From: Lingula anatina | Taxonomy: Eukaryota > Animalia > Brachiopoda | DNA length: 64,000 nucleotides | Assembly: GCA_051362555.1 (NCBI GenBank) | Contig: CM120647.1 | Coordinates: forward strand, 14,174,651 to 14,238,650 | Direction: 5' to 3' | Shown: piece by piece, positions 42,201-54,508 of the stretch | Layout: each line of letters opens with the position of its first letter | Position numbering within the stretch: position 1 is the stretch's first letter | Notes under the pieces: model-generated | Database searches by the model: none | What the model saw: only the letters and a program-made list of their open reading frames with translations | Told to the model about the DNA's origin: nothing | Position numbers and translations under genes: made by a program

Positions 42201-43213
42201 TTATTTTAATGTGGTGTTGTGACACTTCTCTATTATCAGCGGCCCGTTCCTTTGGCAGAGGGCGCTAAAGCCAGTTAAAGGTGCGAAAACGGACATTTTA
42301 GCCTTGTCGTCATTTTCAGTTACGTAAATAAACAGCTATACATTTGTCTATCGCAGCACAGTGTCAAATCAAATATAAGTTGCCGAGAAAATAAAAGCTA
42401 TTTTACAGCTTACTTTGAAGACCGGTTGCCTATATGGCTGATACAAAAATACGGTCTATACACGTTCCTCGGGTGACCTTAAACGTTCAACTAAACGTTT
42501 GAGTAAAACACTATAATAAATTCATACTGTACGCGGCTTTGATCGCTGGATCATTCGCATCCATATTGCCGTGAACAGAGATGTTTTGCTGTAAGCAGTT
42601 AGGTATAAAAGTCACAGCACAACAGTGACAGCATGGGTGCACGATTTGTAATAACCAGCTTGTTGGTCTTCAATTTGCTCTTTTTTTTTCACCAAAAAGT
42701 CAACTGAGACAGGCAGATATAGATTTCTGCTACATAATTTTAGGGCTAAACCTCAAGTCTCTACCACAGTAAAGCTCTCTCTATCTGTCGATCCCTCTAG
42801 CTTTTGTAGTCTCTCTCCTTCTCTCTCATTTTTATTACATTTTTATCGCTTAACTCAATTTGCATTTTAAATGAACTTCATCTGATATGCAACTTGCTAC
42901 AAACACCATGTTAATGGCCTGAATATATTATAGCTATTATAAAAAACAATGGATTTTATTATAAAAATCAAATTTCGTTAAATGCGTATGTGTATTATTA
43001 CAGATACAATAGGTTAATTACTTATGAGGAAACGGACACAGGTGACAGTTACTATCTCAATCACGGCACTTCCAACTTCTTCCCCCGATTCTCGGTCCCA
43101 TTTCTGTTACACACACACGTGCTCAGTTACATATATCACAGAGATTCTATTTTTGAAACGCACGCTAGCCGACAATTATCTAAACATAGTTGAGTAATTG
43201 ATGGATGTATTGC

Positions 43214-43401
43214 GGCAGGTTTCTGCATCGGTGTCTTCTTGAGCATTTAACCTGTGGTGGGTTTGGAAGCAATCGTACGGTACGCCGTTTCTTTTTGTTA
43301 GTGATGATACCTTCTTTAACCTTCCTGTTTTACCTCTGGATAATGGGATATTGAAACCTGCAGCAACATTGGATATCAACGTCACGTGGCCAGACAAATG
43401 G
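43214..43401 (+). pseudogene. Decayed partial duplicate of the C-terminal domain of the downstream STELLO-like gene
   Basis: Aligns by eye to 46513-46710 (GGCAGGTTTCTGCATCG..CTTCTT.AGCATTTAACCT...GTGATGATACCTTCTTTAACCTT...GTCACGTGGCCAGACA), with a 5-nt frameshifting duplication (GTACGGTACG) and internal divergence. Confidence 0.85.
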
Positions 43402-44058
43402 CCCAAGACAACCGCATTCACTCCTACACGCGTTCAGGTTGTTGTGGTTGGGTCGAGCTTTATTTACAGGTATGTGCCATATATGAACTTTAACAACTTG
43501 GATGAACTGAAAAAAGTTTATTCCTATCCTGAACACCGTGAACACCGTAAACTTCGATATCCGATCTGTATGCCCGTTATGCCGTAAAAAATAGCAATAT
43601 ACAGGTATTTGTAATACCCGTGTACTTGTACCTGTACATTGAAGATTTTTCACGCTTTCCGAAGCCGACAAAAACATCACAAATGGCTTTACACACACTG
43701 ACTAAACCGTCCACTGGCTTTGTATGCACCGACTGCTGTCACGCTCAAACGTGGCTCACGCAAGAACACGAGAACTGCTCAACAGTGAAATAGCGCGAGA
43801 GCTACTCATGTAGTAATGAGGGTTATGCCTTTTGTCCTACAGTTTTTTCCCCCACATGGGATCTTGAGAGAGCCTTGTCTTCAACCATGCAGATTCACAT
43901 ATACATGTACCCTTAAACAGGGGTTTGCCTCTATCTTATCTTGTTTTACTGTTACTTTGGTGTTTTAATTCCAGCACAATCGCAGTGCATTGGTGTGATA
44001 TTGAAGTGAAGCTTAGTGTATACACACGAATATCTGGATACAAGGACACTAGGAAACA

Positions 44059-47000
44059 ATGAGGGTAGGAAGGTAAGTCATGATCGTAACCATATTTTAA
44101 CGTACTGTTGTATAAGCAAATAACATTTATGTAGTCATATATTCACAAGCCCAGCGAAGATCTGTTTTTGCTTTAAGACTGGAAATTGTCATAAAAGGCC
44201 CTGACTCAAAATAAAAGGTCACAAAGGAACGGCTTCCAATTTATTTATACTCTAGCTTTTCTGCTACACTGATATTAAACTATGTTTTCGTCATTTTTTA
44301 AATCTAATTCAGGCCTTCATTTCAGCTACATACTACCTACACAATAAAATATTATTCTGACGTTTTCGTATCATATTTGGAAAACTGGTATTGGCAATGG
44401 GTAATGTTGAAAAGCAAGAAAGGCTGGGAAAATGATTGAAGCTATGCTTGTAGACTTCAAATTTACCGAATATTATCTCCTTGATAAAACTTTATAATTT
44501 TCATGTAATTGAGAACCAATCCTTAATATTTTGACCTATAATAGTAAAAAAAACCGAGACAAAAATTGGACATCCGTGTATTCTTTTTTGTTAGCAATTA
44601 TCCATATTAAAGAAAAACTAATTTTATTCAGTGAAAACGTCATTTTGTTTTACTATTTTACCATGCTTGTCAAAGTACTCGCCGAGTTATATATAAATAC
44701 ACTAATTATTCGTCTAAAACGCACTTGTTTAGTTTCAGAGAACGGATATTTCTCAGCAAAAAACTATCATGTGAAATCTGACGACGGCTAAGAAAAACAT
44801 GTTTTAATTTACTGTACATTCTTTCCATGAATTAGTTATATATCCAAAGACTACCACATAAGTGCATAAATATAAATGCTAATTTCATTAATTTGTTTGT
44901 AACTACTTATTTGAATGCTTACATGGTCCCTATACTTTTTTCTTCATTACCCAGTGAGGTGTTACACTGTATTACACAACAGAGAAGGTGCATTCGATTT
45001 ATTCTGCCTTAAATCTCGAGTCATGAGTGCTATTATTTTTGTTCTAGGACAGGCGTCAGCAAAATTAGGACGATGGGCCTTTTGGCATTTGTGACTGCCT
45101 TGGTCTACCTAACCTTGAACTGGGAAAACAGCCTGCCTTCCATGGAAAACATTTTGCCAAAAACCAAACTGTCGAGAGGTGACCTAAACTGGAGCTTTGA
45201 AGCAATCATGGAATTTCCGAGAAAATATACATGTGACAGATGGATCGTTGTGGATACAGGAAAACGTGCCACTGCTCAACACATTAAACAGGTGGCTGAT
45301 AGACTGCATACTCCCTGGTGCGCTGTTGTAGTTTCAGATACCTTACCCTCGTCTGATACATTAGCATTACAGCAGGAGGACCGTCATCACTTGCATGTAG
45401 TTTTACCTAATAAACAAAATGGAATAATATACTTAAATGGTGCCACGAAGTACAGCGCTCTTCTCAAGTCCGACGTGAGACGAAAAACGATTGGCTACTT
45501 GTTTGCTATTACCAGTGGAGCGACAATGATTTACGACGACGATGGTGGAATAGAATATGAATGGCTGACCTCAGGCCCGCCTCTTGATGACAAAAATGTT
45601 GAGCTCCCTCTTGTTATACCAGCCGGTGAAGTGAACTTTTGGAACCCTTTGGCGTATTTCTACTCTAGAAGTGATATCTGGCCTCGTGGTTTCCCAGGTA
45701 ACATGTCGAGGCGTCCTGCCTGCAGTGCTCCCCCGGTACCGACCGCATTGCGCAATTCAAGCGTGTTACTTTCCCATTTTCTCACAGGTGGGTATGCCGA
45801 TGAGACGGAGGGAACTCTGAAGTCGCCACTGAAATTCAACAAAGCCATACGTGGTCCCGTGGAAGTACAAAAAGGTACATTTGTGCCCTACGGCCAGCAT
45901 TCAACGTTGCATATGTATGATGCATTTTGGGGACTTCTCGTACCCACCACATGCGAAGAGTCGATATCTGATATTATCCGTGGTTATATCACTCAGAGAC
46001 TTCTGTGGGACATAAACGGTAGCATGTCGGTCTCCCCGCCCTGGACCAAAAGAAGAACCTCATCGAACCGAAGAACCAGGAAAAGCCCTCATAATTATGA
46101 TAAAACGCTAATCGAAGTAGTCAATCATTTAGAGACGTGGTCCAGCAAATCGACTTCAATTGATGCGAGACTAAAAGAACTGTATCTACATTTATTCGAG
46201 AAAGGAATCATTTTGAAGGAAGATCTGTTAATATTAGACACCTGGTTAGAGTTGCTGACGGCCGCCGGGTATGTCTTCCCGCGAACCCACGTGCCAGGGT
46301 GGGCCGAAAGGCGGGCGATGGCCAAACCCTGGGACAGTGTAAGGTTGTGTGTACATTTCAATAACGTACCCAACAAGCAAGCCTTTACAACTCTGTATCA
46401 AATGTACAGTAGACATTTCAAGGAGATATCATTTACTGGGGACGGCGCTAGGCAACCGTTTATGGACCCAAGCGTTCATTTTCTGCCCTGCACAAAAGAG
46501 GAACAAGATGGTGGCAGGTTTCTGCATCGATGCCTTCTTAAGCATTTAACCTATAGTGGATTTGGAAATAATCGCACGCCGTTTCTTTTTGTAAGTGATG
46601 ATACCTTCTTTAACCTTTCATCTTTTTTGTCCTATCGTCGAGATGTTCTCTGGATATTGGGACCTATAGGAACAAGCGATATTGACGTCACGTGGCCAGA
46701 CAGTTGGTATTGGTGGCCATTCCCGTACGGTGGCGCCGCGCTGCGGAAAATCCTCGATATTCTGCCTGGAGAATGGAGGGACCACCTGGCCCTCATGAAA
46801 AATTGGACGCAGTCAGGAAAACGATTGGTATCTGTATATAACGCAGACACTGTATTCATTCCAAATAATCGATACCAGACACGTTTTATTGAAGTTTTGA
46901 AATGGCTGACGGGGGCTAACATTCCGAGTTTGTTTGCTGAAATTGCTTCGCCATTGCTAGTTGACCTAACCACTGAGAAGTTAGACCGATCTGATGTTAT

Positions 47001-47148
47001 TTCATTAAAAAGCAATTATCCACATACAGGTCTCGAGACTGCGCTGAAGGCGAGGTCATGCAATTTACTACACCCTTTAAAGTTGTCCAAGGACAGGGAT
47101 AGGCTTATCTGGCTGTCCATGTTTAAGAGTGTGGAAACAATTTTATAG
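44059..47148 (+). CDS. STELLO-like (DUF288) type II membrane glycosyltransferase, about 704 aa
   Basis: 691-aa ORF with STELLO-type motifs (RWIVV, RKTIGYLFAI..GA..IYDDD, NPLAYF..IWPRGFP, DAFWGLLVP, SDIIRGYITQRLLW) and a second domain with FVSDDTFFN; N-terminal TM LLAFVTALVYLTL. A short coding segment 44059-44072 (ATG AGG GTA GGA AG|GTAAGT) splices in phase 2 to an acceptor at 45048. AATAAA at 47186. Confidence 0.88.
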
Positions 47149-47988
47149 GCGTCACCAAAGCTGACCTGCAAAAATTATTTTTCAAAATAAATCTTATTTT
47201 TACTCTTATTTTGCTCGTAATTTGATAAAAGATTTGAAGCATGAATGTCGTTTATTTGTGCTTGCATTAAGAAGAACGTCTCCCTTTAAACTGTCATGCG
47301 AGTTTTGTGTCAGCTGATGTGTTGTCTTTAATGGCACTCCTTGAACTGCTCTCCGGTTGAAGAAAAACATTTGATAAATACACATAATTTAAGACATATT
47401 TTTGATAATTATTAACATGCAAATCTATTGATATGTTATCAATACCTATGCTACATGTATATGTGTAAATGTAGCTACAGGAAATGCAAACAAAGCTTGA
47501 TTAATGCAGAGTTTGAGTTGTCTCAATAATCAGAAACTAATTAGAAGTATTCATCAAACGTTTTACAGTTTTCGTCCACCATACAGCCACTTGTTTCAGT
47601 ACTCACCCAGAACGATACAAAAAATAATAACAAATAAATAAATAAAGAAAACATATATATATATATCAGTAAGCGGCTAAAACAGGACGATATCACCCCC
47701 AGATTATACGAGTAGTTACCAACTACTTTGCTGTTCAAGTGCCTCGAGACAAATTAAGAAAACACATGGTGTGAGAAAAAAACCCTTACCATGTCAACAA
47801 GCACAAGTCAGAAAATTAGTATGATTCGGTGAATTGTCTTCCCACATATATATTGATTTAACATACCCCCCGATATGGTTGGTGTATTGACAGAATTTAG
47901 GACATTAATAACAAAACATCAAATGTTGTAGTAAGTTCAGGAAAATAGAAAAGAAAAAATTACTGACGACGAGAGTTTTTCATGATAT

Positions 47989-48111
47989 ATCACCACCCAA
48001 TAATGTCACCACCCTTACCCATCACCATCCAATAATGTCACCACCCACTACCCGTCACCACCCAATAATGTCACCACCCACTACCCGTCACCACCCAATA
48101 ATGTCACCACC
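47989..48111. repeat. 33-bp minisatellite (TCACCACCCAATAATGTCACCACCCACTACCCG, nearly 4 copies)
   Basis: Directly visible between the convergent 3' ends; a related CTACCCGTCACCACC array lies at about 51700-51800. Confidence 0.9.
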
Positions 48112-48231
48112 AAAAACGTATATATATACGTTTAATTTCACTTCATGTTCTATTACGACTTCAGTCTCGACAGTATACGATAAAAAAAACTCAAATTGAT
48201 TTTGAGGAGTAAGTTATCACCAACATTAACA

Positions 48232-51200
48232 TTAACATTCTATTCTGTACTCCCTAACATATTCTTGAAGATGTTCCAATACCATCTCCTTAGTCAAATG
48301 ATAATGTGATAAATCATACTCGTGACGACCATATTTGTAGCGAGGATTATCTTTGACATACGACGTCATCAAGGCTTCCCCTTCTGGCGACATTTCGATG
48401 TCAAAGTGATCGTAAATTTTCTTCACGGCATCCACTGGAGAAGCTACAATATCATCAAAAGCTATGTCAATGAAGCGATATTCCTCTTCGGGGTGGTCTC
48501 TTCTAAATTTCACAATTTCTTTCTTGGGAACCGTCCAAGAATGCAGTACGTTTTGGCCTAACTGCTTCCAGTCGATGTCATTTGGAGTGTATCCATTGCA
48601 GGTTAAGGAGAACTCAGCAAACGACGCAATGGAAGCGGTGCTTAAAGTGGGATTTCTGTAGGTGTGGATAAAAAGAGCGTCTGGATAAACCTGCAGTATG
48701 GCTTCTATGTGTAACGCGTGAAACGAATTCTTAAAGATCAAGCGTTTGCTACCATTTATGGAATCTGTAATAACAAGAAAAAACTTTGAATATTAGATCA
48801 GTAACAATAACGACAGCGTACAGTTGTACTAGTAATTAAAGATAGACGTTTACCTTGCCCTCTCGCCAATAGTATGAGTTGCATCTGTAACTTGTGAAAA
48901 CGGTAAGCTTCCAGCCATTCATCTTTGGTTCTTTGGTTGTACCAGGCGAGATATTCTTCACAATTCCCCGTGTAGCACAAACAGTCATGGTGCAACCCCA
49001 TGGTATCAAAGAGAAGAAAGCACTCGTAGGGACTCTCTGGACGAATGTGGTGAATTGCTTTACATTTTGGTGATTTTCGGTACATGGTTTCTAAAATATA
49101 AACGATACACACAAGATATTAAAGGCACACAATGCACTATGAACATGACATTGATTTATTAATTGACGGGATGTTCTTCATTATTCTTAATTTTTGTGGC
49201 CAAATTGCATATAAAAGATATCCATTTACAATGAATTTTTTTCTTCGTGTATCTTTTTCTTTTTATAAATCTACAGGAATTCACAAGTTGGGAAGGGAAC
49301 ATCATAACTTATTTTGGGGAATTCTACAGGGGCAGGTATTTTTAGAATTAGACCAAATAGCCCACTTCTAGTAAGACATAGAGCTATGGGTATAATTTGA
49401 GTCTGTGAATCCACCATTTTGGAAAGGCAAACAACGCACCTGTGCCTATAACTATTACGTATAGTGGGGTTAATCTCAATTGAATCATTAGCAATTTTCA
49501 ATTTTTTTCTGAGACATATATGTTGCCTAACATCTGAAAATCTGCCCACAACAATTATTCAGGTTAGTAATGCTTTCAAAATGACAGACAAGAGATCAAG
49601 AGCTTCATCATCGACAATTTAAGGAACCGTTATGTCTAGTATGAATTTTCTAATCTTTGAACAGACCTGCTATTTTTACAATTCCAATTGAGTTCAGTCA
49701 CATAGCTGTATGCCAAGGTCAACCACAGAGCAGAATCTCCGAAAATAGGAGACTCCATTTAGGTCACCTTTGTCATTCAAAGTAATTTCACTCAGCAAAA
49801 GATGAACGTCTTCAAATTATAAAAATAATATGACTGATTTATGTATGTTCTTCATGTTTACGGTCAGAGACGAGATCACCATCGTTAATTGAAGCCAGCA
49901 AAGTAGTATATCTAAAAATTGTTGTCAGATTTGCGTTTAACATTTATAACTGCCTCAGAAATCACCCGCCAATGGACATGTTTGAGATTTTACTCTACCA
50001 TTATGCTAGTAAATTTCAATATCTACAGGTAATTGCAAAATGTTGACAGATAACGGCAAAAGAAAAATAAAGTTCTACTCACTTAAGTAAATCAATAGAC
50101 AAAGAAGGCATGTGAATTTTTGTACCTAGCTGCAGCGCATGGTTACGCATCGTATTTTGTCTTCCAATTGGCTCCATCAATTCATAAAATTTCGGACCTG
50201 TGTTTTGGGGATCCTTGCATAGTAATCTCTGAAGAAATATCGTGCCAGTTCGAGCTGCTCCGATAATGAAAATAGGCCTCTTGATTAAGCACTGAAAATA
50301 CATGTTTAATTCATCTCAACCCGCTAGTTACTACACTGTTCGATGCCATTCGTAACGTAGTTTGGAGCTTGATTATGTGCATTTTAATGTTAATAAAATA
50401 TTCAGTTTAACATAAGTCAATCTATTTCAGTACTAATTACAAAGATTATCATGATATATTTTACACAATAAAATATAATATAATATAATATAATATAATA
50501 TAATATAATATAATATAACAATGCAATTGGAGCATAACCATTTTGTTATTGATAATATCGGTCAATAATACAACAAACTTAACAATAAAAATCAATGTTT
50601 AAAGGGATAATAACTCTTCGTTTAGGCCAAAAAATTAATTTTCCTGGAGTGAACAATTTTCCCATACTTACCAATGGTTAATATATCCATTTTTACATTC
50701 AAAGTTGGTCCCTGGATTTTTTCTTAAGAGGTTTTTTTCTTACGAGCGTATAACAAAGTATAGCGATCAGTGGAGGTCACGTGGTTTAAAGACAAGATCA
50801 GGTATCCGAATAATAGCTTTAACTGCCGTTTTTATGTTAAAACAGAATAAATTATATTTCTATGAGTTATTCACAAAGTTTTTATTGTGAAATATAGATC
50901 TCATACAAAGGTTTATTATCCCTTTAATTTTATTCAGATATTTTACTCACTTGAGACAAATCAAAAAACTTAAGTTCTCTTGAAATGGCTAGTCGATTCT
51001 TCAGGATTTCGGTCCAACGGTTTTCAAATGTAAGTCTGGCCTCGGCTGACAAATGAATGTCTTCTCGAAAGCATTTCAGCATAATAATGAATCCTTCGTA
51101 CCACCATCGTCGTGTAAGGTCATCTGACATCAATATTTTTTGCTCCTCTGCGGTAAATTTCCTCAACAAACTTTCCTCCGTGAGAGGACTCAGTCGCCTC

Positions 51201-51418
51201 CCAAGCACAAAACGACATACCCAGTCCAGTAACATAAGACAATAAGAAACACAGAAAGCAAACATTTCAGAAGCGTTAATCGACCTTGTACGCTTTCCAG
51301 GCACGTTTTTTCTAGTCCCTTTAATGACGCTGTTATTGTCCTTTTGCCTTCTAAGGATGGTCATGTTAAATACCTTTAATGTTTCAATTGCATGAAAAAG
51401 GTCATTTTCAACGGTCAT
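48232..51418 (-). CDS. PAPS-dependent sulfotransferase, Sulfotransfer_3/Stf3-like, about 467 aa
   Basis: Exons 51418-50951, 50291-50126, 49090-48854, 48764-48232 give a continuous frame. Motifs: 5'-PSB loop PIFIIGAARTGTIFLQRLL, AIHH...PYEC, YRFHKLQMQL, RLIFKNSFH...YPDALFIHTYRNP (3'-PB), FIDIAFDDIVASP...IYDHF, KYGRHEY. The exon-2 donor is ambiguous. Confidence 0.85.
50603..50923. mobile_element. TTAA-flanked MITE (Kolobok-like) in sulfotransferase intron 1
   Basis: Perfect TIR AGGGATAATAA / TTATTATCCCT with TTAA on both sides; AG...CT termini plus TTAA TSD match Kolobok. Confidence 0.75.
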
Positions 51419-52039
51419 CAGACTGAAGAGAATCCAACGTCTGTATACATTTTATAGGGTGTATCTGCATTTGAAAATTAATAATGGACATTGAGTAGCC
51501 ATTGCTTTGTTACAAGCATTATGCATCCTTTTTTATCTTCAATGAACTACTAGACCGCTGTATATATCTTTGAAATAGGGAAAATGATTTCATTAAGAAG
51601 TTGCAGTAGATGCTGTTTGCTTGGGTAGATACTAAACACGTGCTCTTCCGTCCTTAAGAACTCGAAGACCTAAGCCGCAAACAGGCATCCGCACCATCCC
51701 CTACCCGCACCCACCCACTACCTACCTGTATCACCCCCTCCTACCCGTCACCACCCCCTACCCGTCACCACCCCCTACCCGCACCCACCCCTACCCCTCC
51801 CCATCCCCTCCGCCTGCCCACTTTCATGAGAATAAAGTTGTTAAAAATGCGAGGAAGCACGTAGAGGAACAGGTCAAAAAATCTGAGAAAGCTACAGGTT
51901 CAACACTTTGATTGTCTCCCGTTGTAGTCGTTCCTTAATTAACTTGTGTCAGTGGGCCTTTCATGACATGATGTTTATATTTACGTAAATTTAGGCCACC
52001 TGCCAATATCACATTACAGTAACAGGCGTCAAATTTATG

Positions 52040-52600
52040 CCTTCTACATGTATATATAGTTTGAAGAACTCATACAAATACACTGACAAATTTGTCAAGA
52101 GAGTTGCATCTACAGATTCCATGAGCTTATTAAAGTTGAAAATGTTTGCCTGAATGTCGGGAATATATTTTGCTCTGTAGCCATTATATCGTGGACACAA
52201 AAAGCACGAAGTTGCGTTGCAGCAGAAATCGCGTTGCAGCAGAAATCACAATGTTTAAATTTGGGATCTATATTTTGATATCTACCCCTCTCGATTTTCA
52301 AATCATGACATAAGATTCTGAGCCGTAATAAGGCATTTCTGATCTTCCATGACGTAATTACGGTTAAATAGCGCTCTACATTTAACATAGTTTTATACTC
52401 ACTGTAGCTATTTAGCTTACTATTGCCCTTCACATCAGCGGACCACTGTTGAAATACAGTGTCTCTCAACCGTTGAGTAAACTCGCCTAAAAAGTAATCA
52501 ACATTTCCTATATCTTGTGACAGCCACTAGACACCATAGCCGTAGCTGAGTAATACATGTTACCATCAGCACCATATTTTACCCGTGCAATGTGTAACAT
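52040..52600 (-). mobile_element. 3' fragment of a non-LTR retrotransposon ORF2 (RTE-X-like)
   Basis: SKLNSYSEYKT..ERYL..I...RNALLRLRI..HDLKIERGRY...CDFC is the typical post-RT zinc-knuckle region of these LINEs; frameshifted. Confidence 0.8.
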
Positions 52601-52863
52601 GGGCAATAAGGATATAGTTTCTGGTCCATGAGAGTTCAAATTCACGTAATGAAAATCCGAATGTTTGTATAATGATTTCAGTGCACAAAAAGGTATTAAA
52701 TATTGCTTAACAGTAAAACACCTTTACTGCTGTGTATGTGGAAATACAATAAATATTACAAGTACAGAGCTTCTGATGGGCGGGGAATGTCATCAATACC
52801 AGTGTTTGAAAAACGAAAAATTAAAAATTGAAAATTTAAAAAAAATGACTTACATAAAAACAA

Positions 52864-53159
52864 TTTAAAAATCTACTATTCAAACATTAGCTGTATTAAC
52901 ATGCAGTTGTATAATCACCCAATTGATTTTTGTCAATTTATGTGCAATTTTAGGCATCAGGAGCCTGCCCTATTGGAATGAATTATATATATATATATAT
53001 GTGAGCGGTTTTAGGGATAATACAGCAAAAGGTCTCGGCCTTATGGGACTTGCGGCGAGAATAATGAGACTTTCGTTATGCGCAAATGATGGCTTTCGAG
53101 AGGATAAGGGGTGATTTACTCGGCACTTCGCTTTGAGTGCAAACGAATAGTTCCTTACA

Positions 53160-53198
<39 letters not shown>

Positions 53199-53894
53199 AC
53201 GTGCGAGTGGGTGAATGCCTGTATGCATGTAATATAGTTTAGAATTCTATTCCCACTTGTTGGACTTGTAGTCAGTTAGAACAACGAGTTTTGTTTCACT
53301 TCAAGCCATTTATTACATTTTCGGTCCTGACAGCATACTTGTAAGCATGTGAGGCACGATATCAACACATATCTGGCTACAACAATGAGGCCATTTGACT
53401 TGACCGATGTGACGTGACAAAGAATGTCCCATGATAGAGAGTCTGCTTCTAATTTATTTGTACAGGTAAGCCTCGCCCTAGATTTTAACCCACTTACCTG
53501 AAGGTCAGCCTGACCTCAACTGTTTTACCTAAATGGAAGGCGGACTGTAGGTTACGGGGATCCTCAGTTTCGTTACAAAAAAGGCCTTAAACTCAAAACT
53601 GCATCAAGCGTTGAAATAACCCGTAACATAATGGGTGAACATGTACTAGTATTCTATAGTCCTATATGTGTGACTGTTAGAACAGAGGACACAATCTGGT
53701 GTTATATATACATGTATATACCCGGTATATCTTAAATACAAAACATAACTTTGCTTATATTGTTCGTCATTCGTGAATTTAAAAATCTACTATTTAAACA
53801 TTAGCTGTATCAACATGCAATTGTATAATCACCCAATTGATTTTTGTCAATTTATGTGCAATTTTAGGCATCAGGAGCCTGCCTTATTGAAATG

Positions 53895-53959
<65 letters not shown>

Positions 53960-54141
53960 CAAAAATTGAGCCGTTTTAGGGATAATACAGCAAAAGGTCT
54001 CGGCCTTATGGGACATGCGGCGAGAATAATGAGACTTTCGTTGTGCGCAGATGACGACTTTCGAGTGGATAAGGGGTGATTTACTCGGCCTCTGAGAGCT
54101 TTTTCACTTCGCTTTGAGTGCAAACGAATAGTTCCTTACAT
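52864..54141. repeat. Local direct duplication of about 300 bp (52864-53160 and 53778-54141), each copy with an internal (TA)n of different length
   Basis: Near-identical text AAAATCTACTATT...AGCCTGCC.TATTG...CAAACGAATAGTTCCTTACAT occurs twice. Confidence 0.9.
53408..53577. mobile_element. MITE-like interspersed repeat, copy 2 (inverted relative to 32264-32427)
   Basis: Reverse-complement similarity over the full length. Confidence 0.75.
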
Positions 54142-54508
54142 GAAGCTGCTTGAGGAAGCGTGTCATTCACTTCATCATATTGCACTCAGCGCGAGTCCCC
54201 GAGGAAATGATCAATTTATGTATAACTATAGTTTCATAGGGAATACATCTATAGACGTGCTTGCATGGCTACCCGACATGTTTAAAATGCATCAACTGTA
54301 AAAATATATACTAGTATTTGATATTGCAGGAATATTATTTGACTGCATAAGTTCTGAGTTGATAATGGAATTGACATTGCCATAACAACTGTCAGAACCC
54401 TGCTACTGCTGGGTTTCAGTGGGCGGTACACTGCCATTATGGGTGCTCAATGTCTTCATCTTCTTATTACTGCTTTTCAGTCAGTGCACTCGGAGGCCGC
54501 TTACAGTG

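Noticed and set aside
45660-47015. Minus-strand ORFs within the STELLO-like gene; likewise plus-strand ORFs over the sulfotransferase and MS4A exons
   Set aside because: Antisense shadows of real coding exons.
47989-48111. 33-bp repeats (also 42118-42200) as a CRISPR-like array
   Set aside because: Head-to-tail units without unique spacers, no cas genes, eukaryotic context.
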